Part shown: piece after piece, positions 20,659 through 31,142 of the stretch | Position numbering within the stretch: position 1 is the first letter of the stretch | Layout of the letters: every line of letters begins with the position of its first letter | NCBI GenBank assembly: GCA_045536775.1 | Contig: JAZSOD010000010.1 | Location: 1-57,902, forward strand | DNA from: Eubacteriales bacterium | Lineage (GTDB): Bacteria > Bacillota > Clostridia > Oscillospirales > CAG-272 | DNA: 57,902 nt | Reading direction: 5' to 3' | Notes under the pieces: model-generated | Told to the model about the DNA's origin: nothing | Database searches by the model: none | The model's input: only the letters and a program-made list of their open reading frames with translations | Translations under genes and position numbers: made by a program

Positions 20659-21582
20659 TCAGTCATTGTTTTTTTCTTCAGAGGCATCATCCTCGGTATT
20701 GGCCTTCTTAGCCTTTGAGCCAAATCTGAATCTGTCCATAAACTGCTTTCTGCCCGTTTCTTCCTTGTCCTCAACGATAAGCACGGACTCAAGGAATTTT
20801 TTCAGGCTCTGGTAACTGTAATTTGATACCAGCTTTCCGTCAAGTGCCGAGGATATCGTGCCCGTTTCCTCCGAAACTATTATGACCACCGCGTCGCTGT
20901 TTTCGCTCATTCCGATTCCCGCTCTGTGACGGGTACCGAGATCCTTGATTATCTCGGGATTCGTCGACAGAGGAAGAAAACATCCTGCCGCATTTATTCT
21001 GCCATCACGTATTATCATCGCTCCGTCGTGAAGGGGCGCCTTGTTATAGAAAATATTTTTTATAAGAAACGGGTCTGCCTTTGCATCAATCACCGTACCT
21101 GTTCTGATAACGTCTCCAAGCTTTGTTGAACGCTCAATAACTATCAGCGCTCCCGTTTTTACAAGCGACATATCACAAGCCGCGCTTGTGAGAGCGTCTA
21201 TAAGCTCACGCGCGTTGCCGTTCTGGCTCTTGGGGTCTCCTCGTCTGAAGGTCTTGAGGGGCTCTGCGCCCATCTTTTCAAGCGCGCTTCTGAGCTCGGG
21301 CTGAAACACTATTATAAGAGCTATGATTCCCACCTGGAACAAGTTTTCCATTATGAAACTCATCGCGTACATATTGGTGATCTCGCTGACAAACATAAAC
21401 GCCATCAGGAGCAAAACTCCCGCTGCCAGCTTTCCGGCTCTCCTGTCCCTTATAAACTTATACACGAAGTAAAGCAAAAAGGAAACTATACATACGTCGA
21501 TAATGTCTGTAAGTCTTATTCCCGCCACTACCGTACCAATGTACGAAAGCATATTCTTGATGGATTCAAACAAAGTGTTCAT
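20659..21582 (-). CDS. cdaA: diadenylate cyclase CdaA
   Basis: 3 TMs, FQPELR, PLHDGA, LGTRHRA, VSEETG. Confidence 0.95.
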   Translation of the reverse strand: MNTLFESIKNMLSYIGTVVAGIRLTDIIDVCIVSFLLYFVYKFIRDRRAGKLAAGVLLLMAFMFVSEITNMYAMSFIMENLFQVGIIALIIVFQPELRSALEKMGAEPLKTFRRGDPKSQNGNARELIDALTSAACDMSLVKTGALIVIERSTKLGDVIRTGTVIDAKADPFLIKNIFYNKAPLHDGAMIIRDGRINAAGCFLPLSTNPEIIKDLGTRHRAGIGMSENSDAVVIIVSEETGTISSALDGKLVSNYSYQSLKKFLESVLIVEDKEETGRKQFMDRFRFGSKAKKANTEDDASEEKNND

Positions 21583-21755
21583 TCTGTACCCCCGTCCGAT
21601 TTTAGTTATATATGGCACGGAAAGCCCTGCCGATTGGCAAAACTCCCCCATAATATCGTTAATTATATATATTATATCATAAGATTACCCGAATTTCAAG
21701 AAATATCGGACAATTAGGGACGATTTTTTCGCTTATTTTTCAGTTTTTTGCGAAT

Positions 21756-21788
21756 AAAATGCGCGCCGCATCATACGGCGCGCATTTT
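21756..21788. terminator. intrinsic terminator-like hairpin
   Basis: AAAATGCGCGCCG-loop-CGGCGCGCATTTT directly after stop of the 21788-22840 gene. Confidence 0.75.
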
Positions 21789-22840
21789 CAAGCTTCAAGT
21801 ATTGCCTTTATAAGCTTTTTCGTGTATTTTTCCTTTGCGGCAAAGTCCATGGCAGACGCATATATTTTTTCTATCTCCGAGTGGATCCCGTATATAGCGC
21901 GCATAGTCTGTGCAGCCGATTCCACCATCTCAGACGCGCTTTTTCGCATAAAACGTATTTTTACCCTGTTTTCACGATACACGTCCTTGTCTATAAATCT
22001 GTCTGTGTTTATCACGGCGTTTCGCCCGGTGTCGCCGTATTCGGTGAACGAGATGCTTTTATCATTTACAAAGATCCCGTTAAGGCACCCCGTGTCAAGC
22101 GGAGAAAAAGACAGCTTTACCGAATGTCCGTACCCACAAAGTGCGCGCCTTAGCGCTGAGAACACGATAGGTGATATGTGTGCGGTATCATTTAGCACAA
22201 ACCTTGTTTTTGCGGTGCTGTAATAGATGCCCGTCTCGCTCTCTCCCATGTAGCTTATAGCCGAGGTAAGACGTACTTCCTCTCGCGGTGAAGAACCATC
22301 TCCTATTCTATGTACCGTGCGGCTTGCCCAAGCGTCAAGCTTCTCTCGCTTCACTGCCGGAAGAGTCAGAAGCGACGCCGCCTCGTTTGCTTCTCCAGCT
22401 GCGGATAAATACGAATACGCGTTTTTATAAAGCAGACTTTTCCTTTCGGCAAGCTCCGAGATGACAGCCGAGTTTTGTCTTAATATCCGAGAATTCCAGA
22501 ACTCTCCAAGATTTATTATCTCGTCTTTGCATCCCGGAAGCGACGGCTCCTCGCAGTGCGGCGGTGTTCCGTCTATTACGCCGATGCGCCTTGACTTCAG
22601 CATTATACCGTCGAGAGAGCGAGGGTCGGACGAGCAATAAAAGTATTCAACCGTCTCCCCAACGCTTTCTGCCGCCTCGGCGATCTCTCGCATAAGTCTG
22701 CTCTTTCCCGTGCCGCTTCCCCCCTTTATTATGTAAAGATAGTCAAGCTCTCCGTTTCTGAATATATCCTTAAAGAAAGAAACAAAGCCGCCCCTTGAAT
22801 TGGCGGCGGCAAAGTATCCGTTATTGTTTAATATCGTCAT
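21788..22840 (-). CDS. P-loop NTPase, PRK06851-like conserved Clostridia protein
   Basis: YFAAANSRGGF, IIKGGSGTGKS, CSSDPRSLDG, DGTPPH. Confidence 0.8.
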   Translation of the reverse strand: MTILNNNGYFAAANSRGGFVSFFKDIFRNGELDYLYIIKGGSGTGKSRLMREIAEAAESVGETVEYFYCSSDPRSLDGIMLKSRRIGVIDGTPPHCEEPSLPGCKDEIINLGEFWNSRILRQNSAVISELAERKSLLYKNAYSYLSAAGEANEAASLLTLPAVKREKLDAWASRTVHRIGDGSSPREEVRLTSAISYMGESETGIYYSTAKTRFVLNDTAHISPIVFSALRRALCGYGHSVKLSFSPLDTGCLNGIFVNDKSISFTEYGDTGRNAVINTDRFIDKDVYRENRVKIRFMRKSASEMVESAAQTMRAIYGIHSEIEKIYASAMDFAAKEKYTKKLIKAILEA

Positions 22841-22912
22841 AGTACGCCCCCTGTTATACCGCTTTATTTGCGGTATGGTACAGTTTATGCGTACCGTGAC
22901 TTGCTTGACAAT

Positions 22913-23905
22913 CTATGCGGCGAGGTCATAGAGGTATATAGCATCATCGACCTGGTGCTGAGGAGTTCTGTGATTGCCCTCTGCACCCATAGTCACCGCT
23001 ATGTAATATTCGCCGTCAAGCTCAGCGTAGGTGGCAAGGCAGAGCCCTGCCTCGTATGTAAATCCCGTCTTCCCGCCTATTATCCTGTGGCTTTCGGGTT
23101 GTCTGCCTCCAAGCTTTTTGAATACCGTGCTCTGCATAGTAAATCCGTTCGGGTGCTTATTCGTCGGCGGCACGGTGTAGCTTGATTTTGAGGATATTTC
23201 TCTAAAAACGTCGTTTTCAAGAGCCAACGAAAGTATAGCCGCCATCTCTGCGGCATTTGTATAGTGGTCATCATCGTGTAGACCCGTTATGTTTGCAAAA
23301 CGTGTATTCGCAAGTCCCATTTCAAGAGCCTTGGAATTCATCATTGACACGAGATTCTCCTCGCTGCCTGCGACAAATTCCGCCGCGGCAACCGCCGCCT
23401 CTGCGCCCGACGGAAGCATAATTCCGCAAAGCAGATCGTACAGTCTTACCCTCTCGCCCGCAACAAAGCCCGCCATTGACGCGCCCTCTTTGTATAGTCT
23501 GTTATACATACCTGCCGACACGGTGGTCTCGGCGTACAGGTCATCGGCATTTTCGATAATAACCAGAGCCGTCATTATTTTCGTCAGCGACGCGGGATAG
23601 AATCTGTCCTCGCAGTTCTTTTCGGCAATAACACTCAGATCCTCCGCATTACACAAATACGCATATCCGCTGTAAAGCTGTGAACCAAGCATAATCCCCG
23701 CCGTGCTCGGCTCTATCTTATTATCGGCCAAAAGTGCTCCTTCTGCCGATAACGGCACGGAGCGTGCCGACGAGTGCATATAATTGCCGCTTTTTGCAGG
23801 CACAAGAATAATTACAAGAAAAACCGCCAAAGCCACGATCAAAGCCGCGGTGCAAGCACGCCCCGCTTTTCTCTTTTTCCTTTTACGGATAACCTTATTT
23901 CCCAT
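22913..23905 (-). CDS. D-alanyl-D-alanine carboxypeptidase (peptidase S11)
   Basis: PASLTKIMT (SxxK), MNSKALEMG, GGKTGFT; N-terminal TM. Confidence 0.9.
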   Translation of the reverse strand: MGNKVIRKRKKRKAGRACTAALIVALAVFLVIILVPAKSGNYMHSSARSVPLSAEGALLADNKIEPSTAGIMLGSQLYSGYAYLCNAEDLSVIAEKNCEDRFYPASLTKIMTALVIIENADDLYAETTVSAGMYNRLYKEGASMAGFVAGERVRLYDLLCGIMLPSGAEAAVAAAEFVAGSEENLVSMMNSKALEMGLANTRFANITGLHDDDHYTNAAEMAAILSLALENDVFREISSKSSYTVPPTNKHPNGFTMQSTVFKKLGGRQPESHRIIGGKTGFTYEAGLCLATYAELDGEYYIAVTMGAEGNHRTPQHQVDDAIYLYDLAA

Positions 23906-24446
23906 TTTTAATAAGATTGACCTTAAGCGCGGCGCATACCGTCTTTCCGTCAACGATCTCTCCCGACATTATTTTTTCAACAAGCTCATCAAATGGCATT
24001 TTTATTACGTTAAGAAACTCATCGCCGTCAAGGTCCTGCTCTCCCGCTTCAAGCTCTTGTGCAAGATAAAGCCATATTCTTTCACCTATTATGGCAGGGC
24101 TTCCGATAAATTCACCGAGAAAGGTTATTTTTTTACTTGTAAAGCCCGTTTCCTCTCTTAGCTCTCTTACAGCGGCATCAAGCGGCACCTCCCCAACCTT
24201 ATCAAGCTTACCTGCGGGTATTTCGGTAAGCACGTCCGAAAACGGATATCTGTACTGCTCTACAAGATATACGTTACCGTCGCTGTCGAGCGGCAGGACT
24301 CCCACCGCACCGTTGTGCTTTACGTATTCTCTGGTGGAGGTTTGTCCGTTCGGAAGTCTGACCTCGTCAACAAAAAGATGTGTCACAACTCCCTTGAATA
24401 TTTCCTTTGAGGAAACACAGCTTTCAATAAGCTCTTCTTTTCTCAT
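23895..24446 (-). CDS. nudF: NUDIX hydrolase, ADP-ribose pyrophosphatase-like
   Basis: EIPAGKLD...AAVRELREETG Nudix box, QYRYP. Confidence 0.9.
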   Translation of the reverse strand: MRKEELIESCVSSKEIFKGVVTHLFVDEVRLPNGQTSTREYVKHNGAVGVLPLDSDGNVYLVEQYRYPFSDVLTEIPAGKLDKVGEVPLDAAVRELREETGFTSKKITFLGEFIGSPAIIGERIWLYLAQELEAGEQDLDGDEFLNVIKMPFDELVEKIMSGEIVDGKTVCAALKVNLIKNGK

Positions 24447-24465
24447 TTTTATCTCCCGATTTGCA

Positions 24466-24492
24466 AAAACGCGGAAATAAATTCCGCGTTTT
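24466..24492. terminator. intrinsic terminator-like hairpin after pgm
   Basis: AAAACGCGGAA-loop-TTCCGCGTTTT. Confidence 0.65.
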
Positions 24493-24508
24493 CGTTTATT
24501 TTAGTTAT

Positions 24509-26230
24509 TTATTTTCCCCATTCGGACGTACACTTTTTGTAAGTGTCAAGCTTTTCTGCGGTACACTTTGCACACGCTCCCGACACAAGGAAGTAAAGCT
24601 TCACCTTAGGCTCTGTACCCGAGGGACGAATTACTATTCTGTCTCCGTTTTCAAGCACAAAATAAAGCACGTCAGACTTGGGAAGACCCGTGGATTCGAC
24701 GTTGGAGCAACCAAGCTTTTTTACTTCTCCGCTCAGATAGTCGCGCACCTCACACACCTTATGACCTCCGATATCGGTGGGCGGAGTGCTTCTGAGCGAG
24801 TCCATAAGCTTCTGCATTTTCTCGGCGGCATCAAAACCGTCCATAGTAATATTCTTTGTGCTTTCAAGGTAATATCCGTAACGCTCGTAAAGCTTATCGA
24901 GCGCGTCGGACAAAGTCATACCGCGGTCACGGTAGTAAGCCGCCATTTCGCTGATAAGCATAGTTGCGACCACTGCGTCCTTATCGCGCGCATACGTTCC
25001 TTTAAGGTAACCGTAGCTTTCCTCAAATCCGAGAAGATAGTTATCGTGTCCTGTCACCTCAAGCTTCTTGATGACCTCACCGATAAACTTAAAGCCCGTG
25101 AGGACGTTGAAGATACGGATACCGTGAGCCTCGCAGACCTTTGCCGCAAGCTCGGTGGTAACTATAGTCTTTACAACGTAAGGATTTTCGGGCATAGTAC
25201 CCGTTTCCTCGTACGCGGTTGCAATATATTCTATAAGCAGAGCGCCCACCTGATTGCCCGTGATGGTCTTGAACTCGCCGTCAGCGCCTCTTATCATTAT
25301 TCCTACTCTGTCAGCATCCGGGTCAGTGGCGATTATAACGTCGCTTCCAACGTCATTCGCTATTTCTATTCCCCTTTCAAACACCTCTGGAAATTCGGGG
25401 TTCGGGAAGCGGATGCCCGGAAAATTTCCGTCGGGCTTCATCTGCTCCTTTACGGTATATACGTGCTTGAAGCCCGCCTTCTTCAGTACCTCCGGCACGA
25501 TCCTGTATCCCGTTCCGCAAAGAGGAGAATACACTATCTTAAGCTCGTCTGCGACCTTTTTTACCACGTTGGGATAAACCGCCTGTGCGGTCACCTCTGC
25601 CATATAGTCGTCGTCAAAGCTCTCGTCAAGCATTACTATATTTCCGCGTTTAAGCTCAGCGTCAAAATCCGCATACTTAACGTCGGCAAAGATATCGGTT
25701 CTGTCTATATATTCGGAAACGGTCTGTGCGTGATCGGGTGGAAGCTGTGCGCCGTCCTCCCAATACGCTTTATATCCGTTATATTCCTTGGGATTATGTG
25801 ATGCGGTGATGTTAACGCCCGCAATACATCCGAGACGTCTTACCGCGAAGGATAAGACGGGGGTCGGACGAAGCTCGTTGAAGATATAGGTCTTGAGTCC
25901 GTTTGCCGCAAACACGGATGCCGTTGTCCTTGCAAACAGCTCGGAGCAGTTTCTCGAGTCATAAGCAATAACAACAGGGCGTTCGGTTCCCGTTTCCATC
26001 TTTATAAGGTCTGCAAAGCCCTGTGTTGCCTGTGCGACGGTGTAGACGTTCATCGCATTCGTTCCCGCCTTCATAGTGCCGCGCAGTCCCGCCGTACCGA
26101 AGTCAAGGCGCTTTGCAAAGCGGAACTTTATCTCGTCTTCGTTATCCTCAATGGCACGAAGCTCCGCCTTTGTAGACTCGTCGGTCGCCTCGGTCTCAAG
26201 CCAAAGCTGATATTTTTCTCTGTAATTCAA
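24509..26230 (-). CDS. pgm: phosphoglucomutase/phosphomannomutase
   Basis: FGTAGLRG, ITASHNP, DPDADR, FEESYG, RPSGTEPK; TTG start with GGAGG. Confidence 0.94.
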   Translation of the reverse strand: MNYREKYQLWLETEATDESTKAELRAIEDNEDEIKFRFAKRLDFGTAGLRGTMKAGTNAMNVYTVAQATQGFADLIKMETGTERPVVIAYDSRNCSELFARTTASVFAANGLKTYIFNELRPTPVLSFAVRRLGCIAGVNITASHNPKEYNGYKAYWEDGAQLPPDHAQTVSEYIDRTDIFADVKYADFDAELKRGNIVMLDESFDDDYMAEVTAQAVYPNVVKKVADELKIVYSPLCGTGYRIVPEVLKKAGFKHVYTVKEQMKPDGNFPGIRFPNPEFPEVFERGIEIANDVGSDVIIATDPDADRVGIMIRGADGEFKTITGNQVGALLIEYIATAYEETGTMPENPYVVKTIVTTELAAKVCEAHGIRIFNVLTGFKFIGEVIKKLEVTGHDNYLLGFEESYGYLKGTYARDKDAVVATMLISEMAAYYRDRGMTLSDALDKLYERYGYYLESTKNITMDGFDAAEKMQKLMDSLRSTPPTDIGGHKVCEVRDYLSGEVKKLGCSNVESTGLPKSDVLYFVLENGDRIVIRPSGTEPKVKLYFLVSGACAKCTAEKLDTYKKCTSEWGK

Positions 26231-26332
26231 ATCGGTTCCTCCGTAGGAAATTAAGCATATTATTTAAGTACTCTAATATTATATCACAATTTTCGTTAAA
26301 TGCAAGGTATGTGCGGACAAATTTTACAAAAC

Positions 26333-26590
26333 TTACGCCTGTTCCGCGGCAGACTTAAGCGCCATGGCAAGCTGATCGGGACAGGACGTGCTCTTGAAGC
26401 CGCATCTTATACCCTCAAGTCTGCTTATTACCTCATCTGCTTTCATACCGACAACGAGGTTTTCTATTCCGTGAGTGTTGCCGTCGCACCCTCCCTCAAA
26501 GCTTACGCTTTCGACAATATCGCCGTCAAGCACTATCGTGATGCTTCTTGAGCAGGTACCTTTGGTTTTGTAAGTAACAGTCTTTTTCAT
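26333..26590 (-). CDS. TSCPD-domain protein (TIGR03905-like)
   Basis: YKTKGTCS, FEGGCDGN, GIRCGFKSTSCPDQLA. Confidence 0.9.
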   Translation of the reverse strand: MKKTVTYKTKGTCSRSITIVLDGDIVESVSFEGGCDGNTHGIENLVVGMKADEVISRLEGIRCGFKSTSCPDQLAMALKSAAEQA

Positions 26591-26612
26591 TTTTATTCTC
26601 CATCCATAACGT

Positions 26613-27566
26613 TTATTCTGTAGCCGCGTAGAGTCCGAGAGGCGAGAATTCCACCGCCTCAAGCTTTAAGTAAAGTATCAGCGCGTCGAGTCTTTCGCAG
26701 TCGGCAGAAGTACGCACGTCAAAGACCGTGTACTCCTCTGATTTGAAGGTGTCAACGCTTTTTATGCCGACTCCAAGCAGATCTGCCGCCGCCATCAGTC
26801 CCGTCAGCGCGGTACCGTCTCTGTCAACGAGAGAAAACTCGAAATCGGTAATACCCGATATTTCACTGAGTCCCGACAACGTAGGTGAGAGGAGAAGATA
26901 TCTCGTTTCGTCATCTCTGTTGTCGGACTTCACCATACAAGAGGCGGCGATCTTAAGCTCGTAGCCTTCGATAAGTCTGTAAAATCCCGAAAGCTTTCCG
27001 TCCGAAGTGTTTTCGTACGGCAGTATGCACATATCCGCGTCACCAACGGCAACTGCATCGCAAACGTGAGCAAAGCTATCGCGGTAGACCGCGGAGGCGT
27101 CGGGAATGACCGACGCAAATTTTTCAAACGCTATGTCGGCACCGTACGCCTTTCTGTAGGCTATTCTTATACTGGAATCAAAATCGTGGGCCGAGTCACG
27201 CTCGGGCTCAAGAAGCTTGTATGATGCACCCGTGCGCTCATCGCCGAGCGATCTTGCCATCATTCTGCAAAGCGTCACTCTGTCGGCAAAGCTCGTCGCA
27301 GTCGAGTAGGCCTCGGCGCACTCTCTGTAAAAATCAGTCGTGTCCAAGGGTACGCTCGTTCTTGCCGAATCGGACATCGGCGCCCTCATAAGTCTTAAAA
27401 GCTCCACGCCCTCCGCGATATCCGAGGCTTTACCGAAGCTCGCGTTCTCAACAAAAGAATCAACGATCCCCATTCGCATTTCAAAATGCTTTGAAAGCTC
27501 TGCGGTATTAAGCTTCAGATTGTCGGATACGTTTCCAAGGGCATCGGTATCGATCGTACTCATCAA
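26613..27566 (-). CDS. prephenate dehydratase-like domain protein (divergent)
   Basis: VCDAVAVGDADMCILPYENTSDG resembles the PDT 'VPIENS' motif; TRY motif and ACT-like C-terminus. Confidence 0.55.
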   Translation of the reverse strand: MMSTIDTDALGNVSDNLKLNTAELSKHFEMRMGIVDSFVENASFGKASDIAEGVELLRLMRAPMSDSARTSVPLDTTDFYRECAEAYSTATSFADRVTLCRMMARSLGDERTGASYKLLEPERDSAHDFDSSIRIAYRKAYGADIAFEKFASVIPDASAVYRDSFAHVCDAVAVGDADMCILPYENTSDGKLSGFYRLIEGYELKIAASCMVKSDNRDDETRYLLLSPTLSGLSEISGITDFEFSLVDRDGTALTGLMAAADLLGVGIKSVDTFKSEEYTVFDVRTSADCERLDALILYLKLEAVEFSPLGLYAATE

Positions 27567-29413
27567 AGCTTCTCCAATACCGCGTAGCTCTGTGAAAGGA
27601 AGTTCTTAAGCTCATCTGCGGTGAGAGGTCTCTGCGACAGAAGAGCGAGCGAATACATCTGACGCGCTATGCTCTTAGCCTTGTCCTTCTCTCCCTCTGC
27701 AACAAGGGTCTTAAGTCTTGCCACGAGGCTGTTTGATGCGTTTACAACGAGGGTCATATCGTCCGGAATTTCCGGCATCGAAGCATCTCCCGACGAGATT
27801 CTGTACATTCTCATCATATCGTTCATACGTCTGGTCTCCTCGGAGACGTTTATCATAACGGGAATGGACTCGTCCTTAAGACTTTCAAATTTTACATCAA
27901 GCTTTTCGTTCGCGCTGACCGCCTTGAAAAGCTCGGCAATTTCGGGCATATCTGCAGCCTCGCCGTCTCCCTTGAGAGCCGCGGCAACGTCAGAGTCGAT
28001 ACGGACAAACTTTATCTTCTTCTCTGCTTCAATCAGAGACACGAACTGCGTGTCTATTATACTGTCAAGCAGAACAACGTCGAGTCCCTGAGACTCAAAC
28101 ATTGATATATACTGTGCCTGAGACACCTTATCGCTCGCGTAATACACCGTGTTCTCGTGCTTTTCCTTTGCAGCCTCGAGGTATTCGTCAAGAGTTACGC
28201 AGCCGCCTGCGGTCTTTTCAAAAATAACCACAGGAAGCACTCTTTCAAAGAATTTACGGTCACGCATTGCGCCGTATTCAACGAAGGTCTTTATCTCTCT
28301 CCAGAGCTTTTCATACTCCGCCCTCTCGGTATTGAACATCGAGTTTATCTTGTCGGCTACCTTTTTGACTATATGGGTTGATATCTTGCCGACGTAGCCG
28401 CTGTTCTGAAGATAACTTCTCGACACGTTGAGAGGAAGCTCGGGGCAGTCAAGCACGCCCTTGAGCATAAGAAGAAATTCGGGAATCACTTCCTTGATAT
28501 TATCGGCAACGTAGACCTGGTTGTAGTAAAGCTTTACCTGTCCTTCGAGACTGTCGTATTCGTGGGTAAGCTTCGGGAAATAAAGTATTCCCTTAAAGTT
28601 GAGGGGGTAATCGACGTTCAAGTGAATATAGAACAAAGGCTCTCTGTAATCGTTAAACACCCTTCGATAAAATTCGATATACTCGTCCTTAGTACAATCG
28701 GACGGATTTTTGAGCCACAGAGGCGTGGTATCGTTTATGGGAGTTTCTTCTTTTCCTTCCTCGGCAGTTTCCTCGGTGTCGGTAAAGTATATCTCGACAG
28801 GCATAAACGAGCAGTACTTCGAGAGGACCTCCTTCAGCTTATACGCGTTAAGGTACTCCTCTCCCTCGGAGTTAAGGTGCATAATGATGTCCGTTCCGCG
28901 CTCTGCCCTTTCATCGCACTCGCTCATCTCGTATTCGCCCGACTCGTTGCATACCCATTTCACCGCGGGTGCTCCCGTGTAGGATCTCGTGATGACTTCA
29001 ACGGTATCGCTGACCATAAACGCGGAATAGAAGCCGAGTCCAAAATGACCGATAATGCCGTTTCCCGCATCAGACTCACCCTCATATTTCTGAATAAAAT
29101 CGAGTGCACCCGAGAGCGCTATCTGACATATATATTTTTCGACCTCCTCGGCGGTCATACCTATACCGTTATCTCTTACCGTGAGCGTCTTGTCGGTCTT
29201 ATCGAGAATAACGTCTACACGGTAGCCCGAGTCGTTCCCGTCCTTTACCTCACCGAGAGAATAAAGTCTTTTCATCTTGGTTGCCGCGTCACACGCATTT
29301 GACACGATCTCTCTTAAAAATATTTCCTTTTCGGAATAAAGCCATTTTTTGATCACAGGAAATATATGCGAGGTCTCAACGCTTATTCCGCCCTTTATTT
29401 TGTTGTCTGCCAT
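27563..29413 (-). CDS. htpG: chaperone HtpG (Hsp90)
   Basis: LYSEKEIFLREIVSNACDA, DNGIGM, IGHFGLGFYSAF, LPLNVSR. Confidence 0.96.
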   Translation of the reverse strand: MADNKIKGGISVETSHIFPVIKKWLYSEKEIFLREIVSNACDAATKMKRLYSLGEVKDGNDSGYRVDVILDKTDKTLTVRDNGIGMTAEEVEKYICQIALSGALDFIQKYEGESDAGNGIIGHFGLGFYSAFMVSDTVEVITRSYTGAPAVKWVCNESGEYEMSECDERAERGTDIIMHLNSEGEEYLNAYKLKEVLSKYCSFMPVEIYFTDTEETAEEGKEETPINDTTPLWLKNPSDCTKDEYIEFYRRVFNDYREPLFYIHLNVDYPLNFKGILYFPKLTHEYDSLEGQVKLYYNQVYVADNIKEVIPEFLLMLKGVLDCPELPLNVSRSYLQNSGYVGKISTHIVKKVADKINSMFNTERAEYEKLWREIKTFVEYGAMRDRKFFERVLPVVIFEKTAGGCVTLDEYLEAAKEKHENTVYYASDKVSQAQYISMFESQGLDVVLLDSIIDTQFVSLIEAEKKIKFVRIDSDVAAALKGDGEAADMPEIAELFKAVSANEKLDVKFESLKDESIPVMINVSEETRRMNDMMRMYRISSGDASMPEIPDDMTLVVNASNSLVARLKTLVAEGEKDKAKSIARQMYSLALLSQRPLTADELKNFLSQSYAVLEKL

Positions 29414-29591
29414 TTTTCATATCTCCTTGCAGGTCATCGAAAGAGTTAATAGACTAATATTACCTCAAATATTTTAACATACTTACACCCGTAAGTAAAT
29501 TTTTTGATAATTATTTCAAGTTCCCTTTTGCGACAATATTTTCACCCGTCGCAGATTATAATTTGAAAAAACTTATAAGGACGGTAATTTT

Positions 29592-29945
29592 ATGAAATAT
29601 GACGAAACCGACGTTAGCTTTGAGATCAAGGGCGACACCGTCATCGCAATAATTGACGGCGAGATCGACCACCACAGAGCAAAGGGGCTCAGAGAAGCCA
29701 TGGACGAGAGAATATACGCCGACAGACCCAAATGCTTTATGGCTGATATGTCGGGCATCACGTTTATGGACAGCTCGGGGCTCGGACTCATTCTCGGCAG
29801 GTTTACTCTCTGCCGCGAGCTTGGAGTCGATTTCAAGCTTTATTCTCCCTCCACACAGGTTATGAAGATAATCAACCTTGCTGGCGCAGAGAGACTCATA
29901 CGCATCGAAAAGCGAACAGACGGAAAAACACGTACCAAGAGCTGA
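29592..29945 (+). CDS. spoIIAA: anti-sigma F factor antagonist
   Basis: GEIDHH, FMDSSGLGLILGR STAS motifs. Confidence 0.93.
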   Translation: MKYDETDVSFEIKGDTVIAIIDGEIDHHRAKGLREAMDERIYADRPKCFMADMSGITFMDSSGLGLILGRFTLCRELGVDFKLYSPSTQVMKIINLAGAERLIRIEKRTDGKTRTKS

Positions 29946-29957
29946 AGGAGGTAAAAA

Positions 29958-30407
29958 ATGAAGAAGAACAAAATCAACGAGGTCAAAATAATTTTAGATT
30001 CAAAAAGCGAGAACGAGGGTCTTGCGCGTTATATTTGCGCCGCGTTTGCATCAACGTTTAATCCGACGGTAGAGGAGATAGCAGATATAAAATGCACCGT
30101 CTCAGAGGCGGTCACAAACTGCGTAGTACACGCGTACCGCGGTCAGTCGGGAAAGATATACATAACCCTGAAGGCATTTGACGATTCATCAATACAGGTG
30201 ACCGTGCGCGACCGCGGGTGCGGCATCGAAAACGTTGACGAGGCGCGTCAGCCTCTTTACACCACCGACGCGGCAGGCGAACGCAGCGGTATGGGCTTCC
30301 CTATTATGGAAAACCTTTCCGATAAATTTACGGTCACGTCAAGGCTTGGTGTTGGTACTGCCGTTACTATGAATTTCCGCTTCAAAAAGGATGCACAAAA
30401 TGTCTGA
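29958..30407 (+). CDS. spoIIAB: anti-sigma F factor
   Basis: SENE, VSEAVTNCVVHAY, RDRGCGI, ERSGMGF. Confidence 0.94.
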   Translation: MKKNKINEVKIILDSKSENEGLARYICAAFASTFNPTVEEIADIKCTVSEAVTNCVVHAYRGQSGKIYITLKAFDDSSIQVTVRDRGCGIENVDEARQPLYTTDAAGERSGMGFPIMENLSDKFTVTSRLGVGTAVTMNFRFKKDAQNV

Positions 30408-31125
30408 CGAGCGTTTCTCAAGCAACTCAGAGCTTCTCACACTCGCGCGTGAAGGTGATGAAAACGCACTCGAGACTCTTATTGAAAACAATCTCGGGCT
30501 CGTGCGCAGTATTGCGTTCAGATTTACGGGACGCGGCGTGGAATTTGAAGATCTCGTGCAGATAGGTACTCTCGGTATGCTTAAGGCGGTAAAAAGCTTT
30601 GATTCCTCTTACGGTACTGTGTTTTCGACCTACGCCGTTCCGCTTATAATAGGCGAAATACGCCGCTATCTGCGAGATGACGGTATGATAAGGGTCGGCA
30701 GAAAAACTAAGCAGCTCGGCGCGAAAATTCTCAGGCTCAGAGAAGAATACGTTGCCGAAAACGGCTTTGAGCCGTCGGTGGACAAGCTTTGTGAGCTGTC
30801 GGGCATAGAGCGAGACGAGGTAGTTTTTGCGCTTGATTCCACCACCCCCGTGAGCTCGCTGTCCGAATGTGTCGGCGACACGGGGCTTACTCTTGAAGCG
30901 ACCATATCCGATAGTAACGACACCATACTCGCGCTGACCGAAAAGATCGCGCTCACGAGCGCTCTGTCCGAGCTTTCTCCCGAGTGGAGAAAGATAGTTT
31001 ATCTGCGATATTTTCTGAATCTGACTCAACAGGAATGTGCAAAAAGACTCGGCATCACGCAGGTCAAGGTATCGCGTGAGGAGAAGAAGATTTTGGCAAA
31101 ACTTCGGGAGATGTTATCGGGTTGA
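30400..31125 (+). CDS. sigF: RNA polymerase sporulation sigma factor F
   Basis: NLGLVRSI, EDLVQIG, FSTYAVPLIIGEIRRYLRDDG, TQVKVSR; third gene of spoIIA. Confidence 0.92.
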   Translation: MSDERFSSNSELLTLAREGDENALETLIENNLGLVRSIAFRFTGRGVEFEDLVQIGTLGMLKAVKSFDSSYGTVFSTYAVPLIIGEIRRYLRDDGMIRVGRKTKQLGAKILRLREEYVAENGFEPSVDKLCELSGIERDEVVFALDSTTPVSSLSECVGDTGLTLEATISDSNDTILALTEKIALTSALSELSPEWRKIVYLRYFLNLTQQECAKRLGITQVKVSREEKKILAKLREMLSG

Positions 31126-31142
31126 AATTACGCTTTTTGCCC

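Noticed and set aside
24461-25801. 446-aa plus-strand ORF (likewise 14085-15125, 10868-11824, 53512-54513 and others)
   Set aside because: Antisense shadows of pgm, relA, hemZ and tsf with no recognisable motifs.
29470-29590. Spo0A boxes / sigma-H promoter upstream of spoIIA
   Set aside because: Expected biologically, but only degenerate matches are visible; cannot be placed with confidence.
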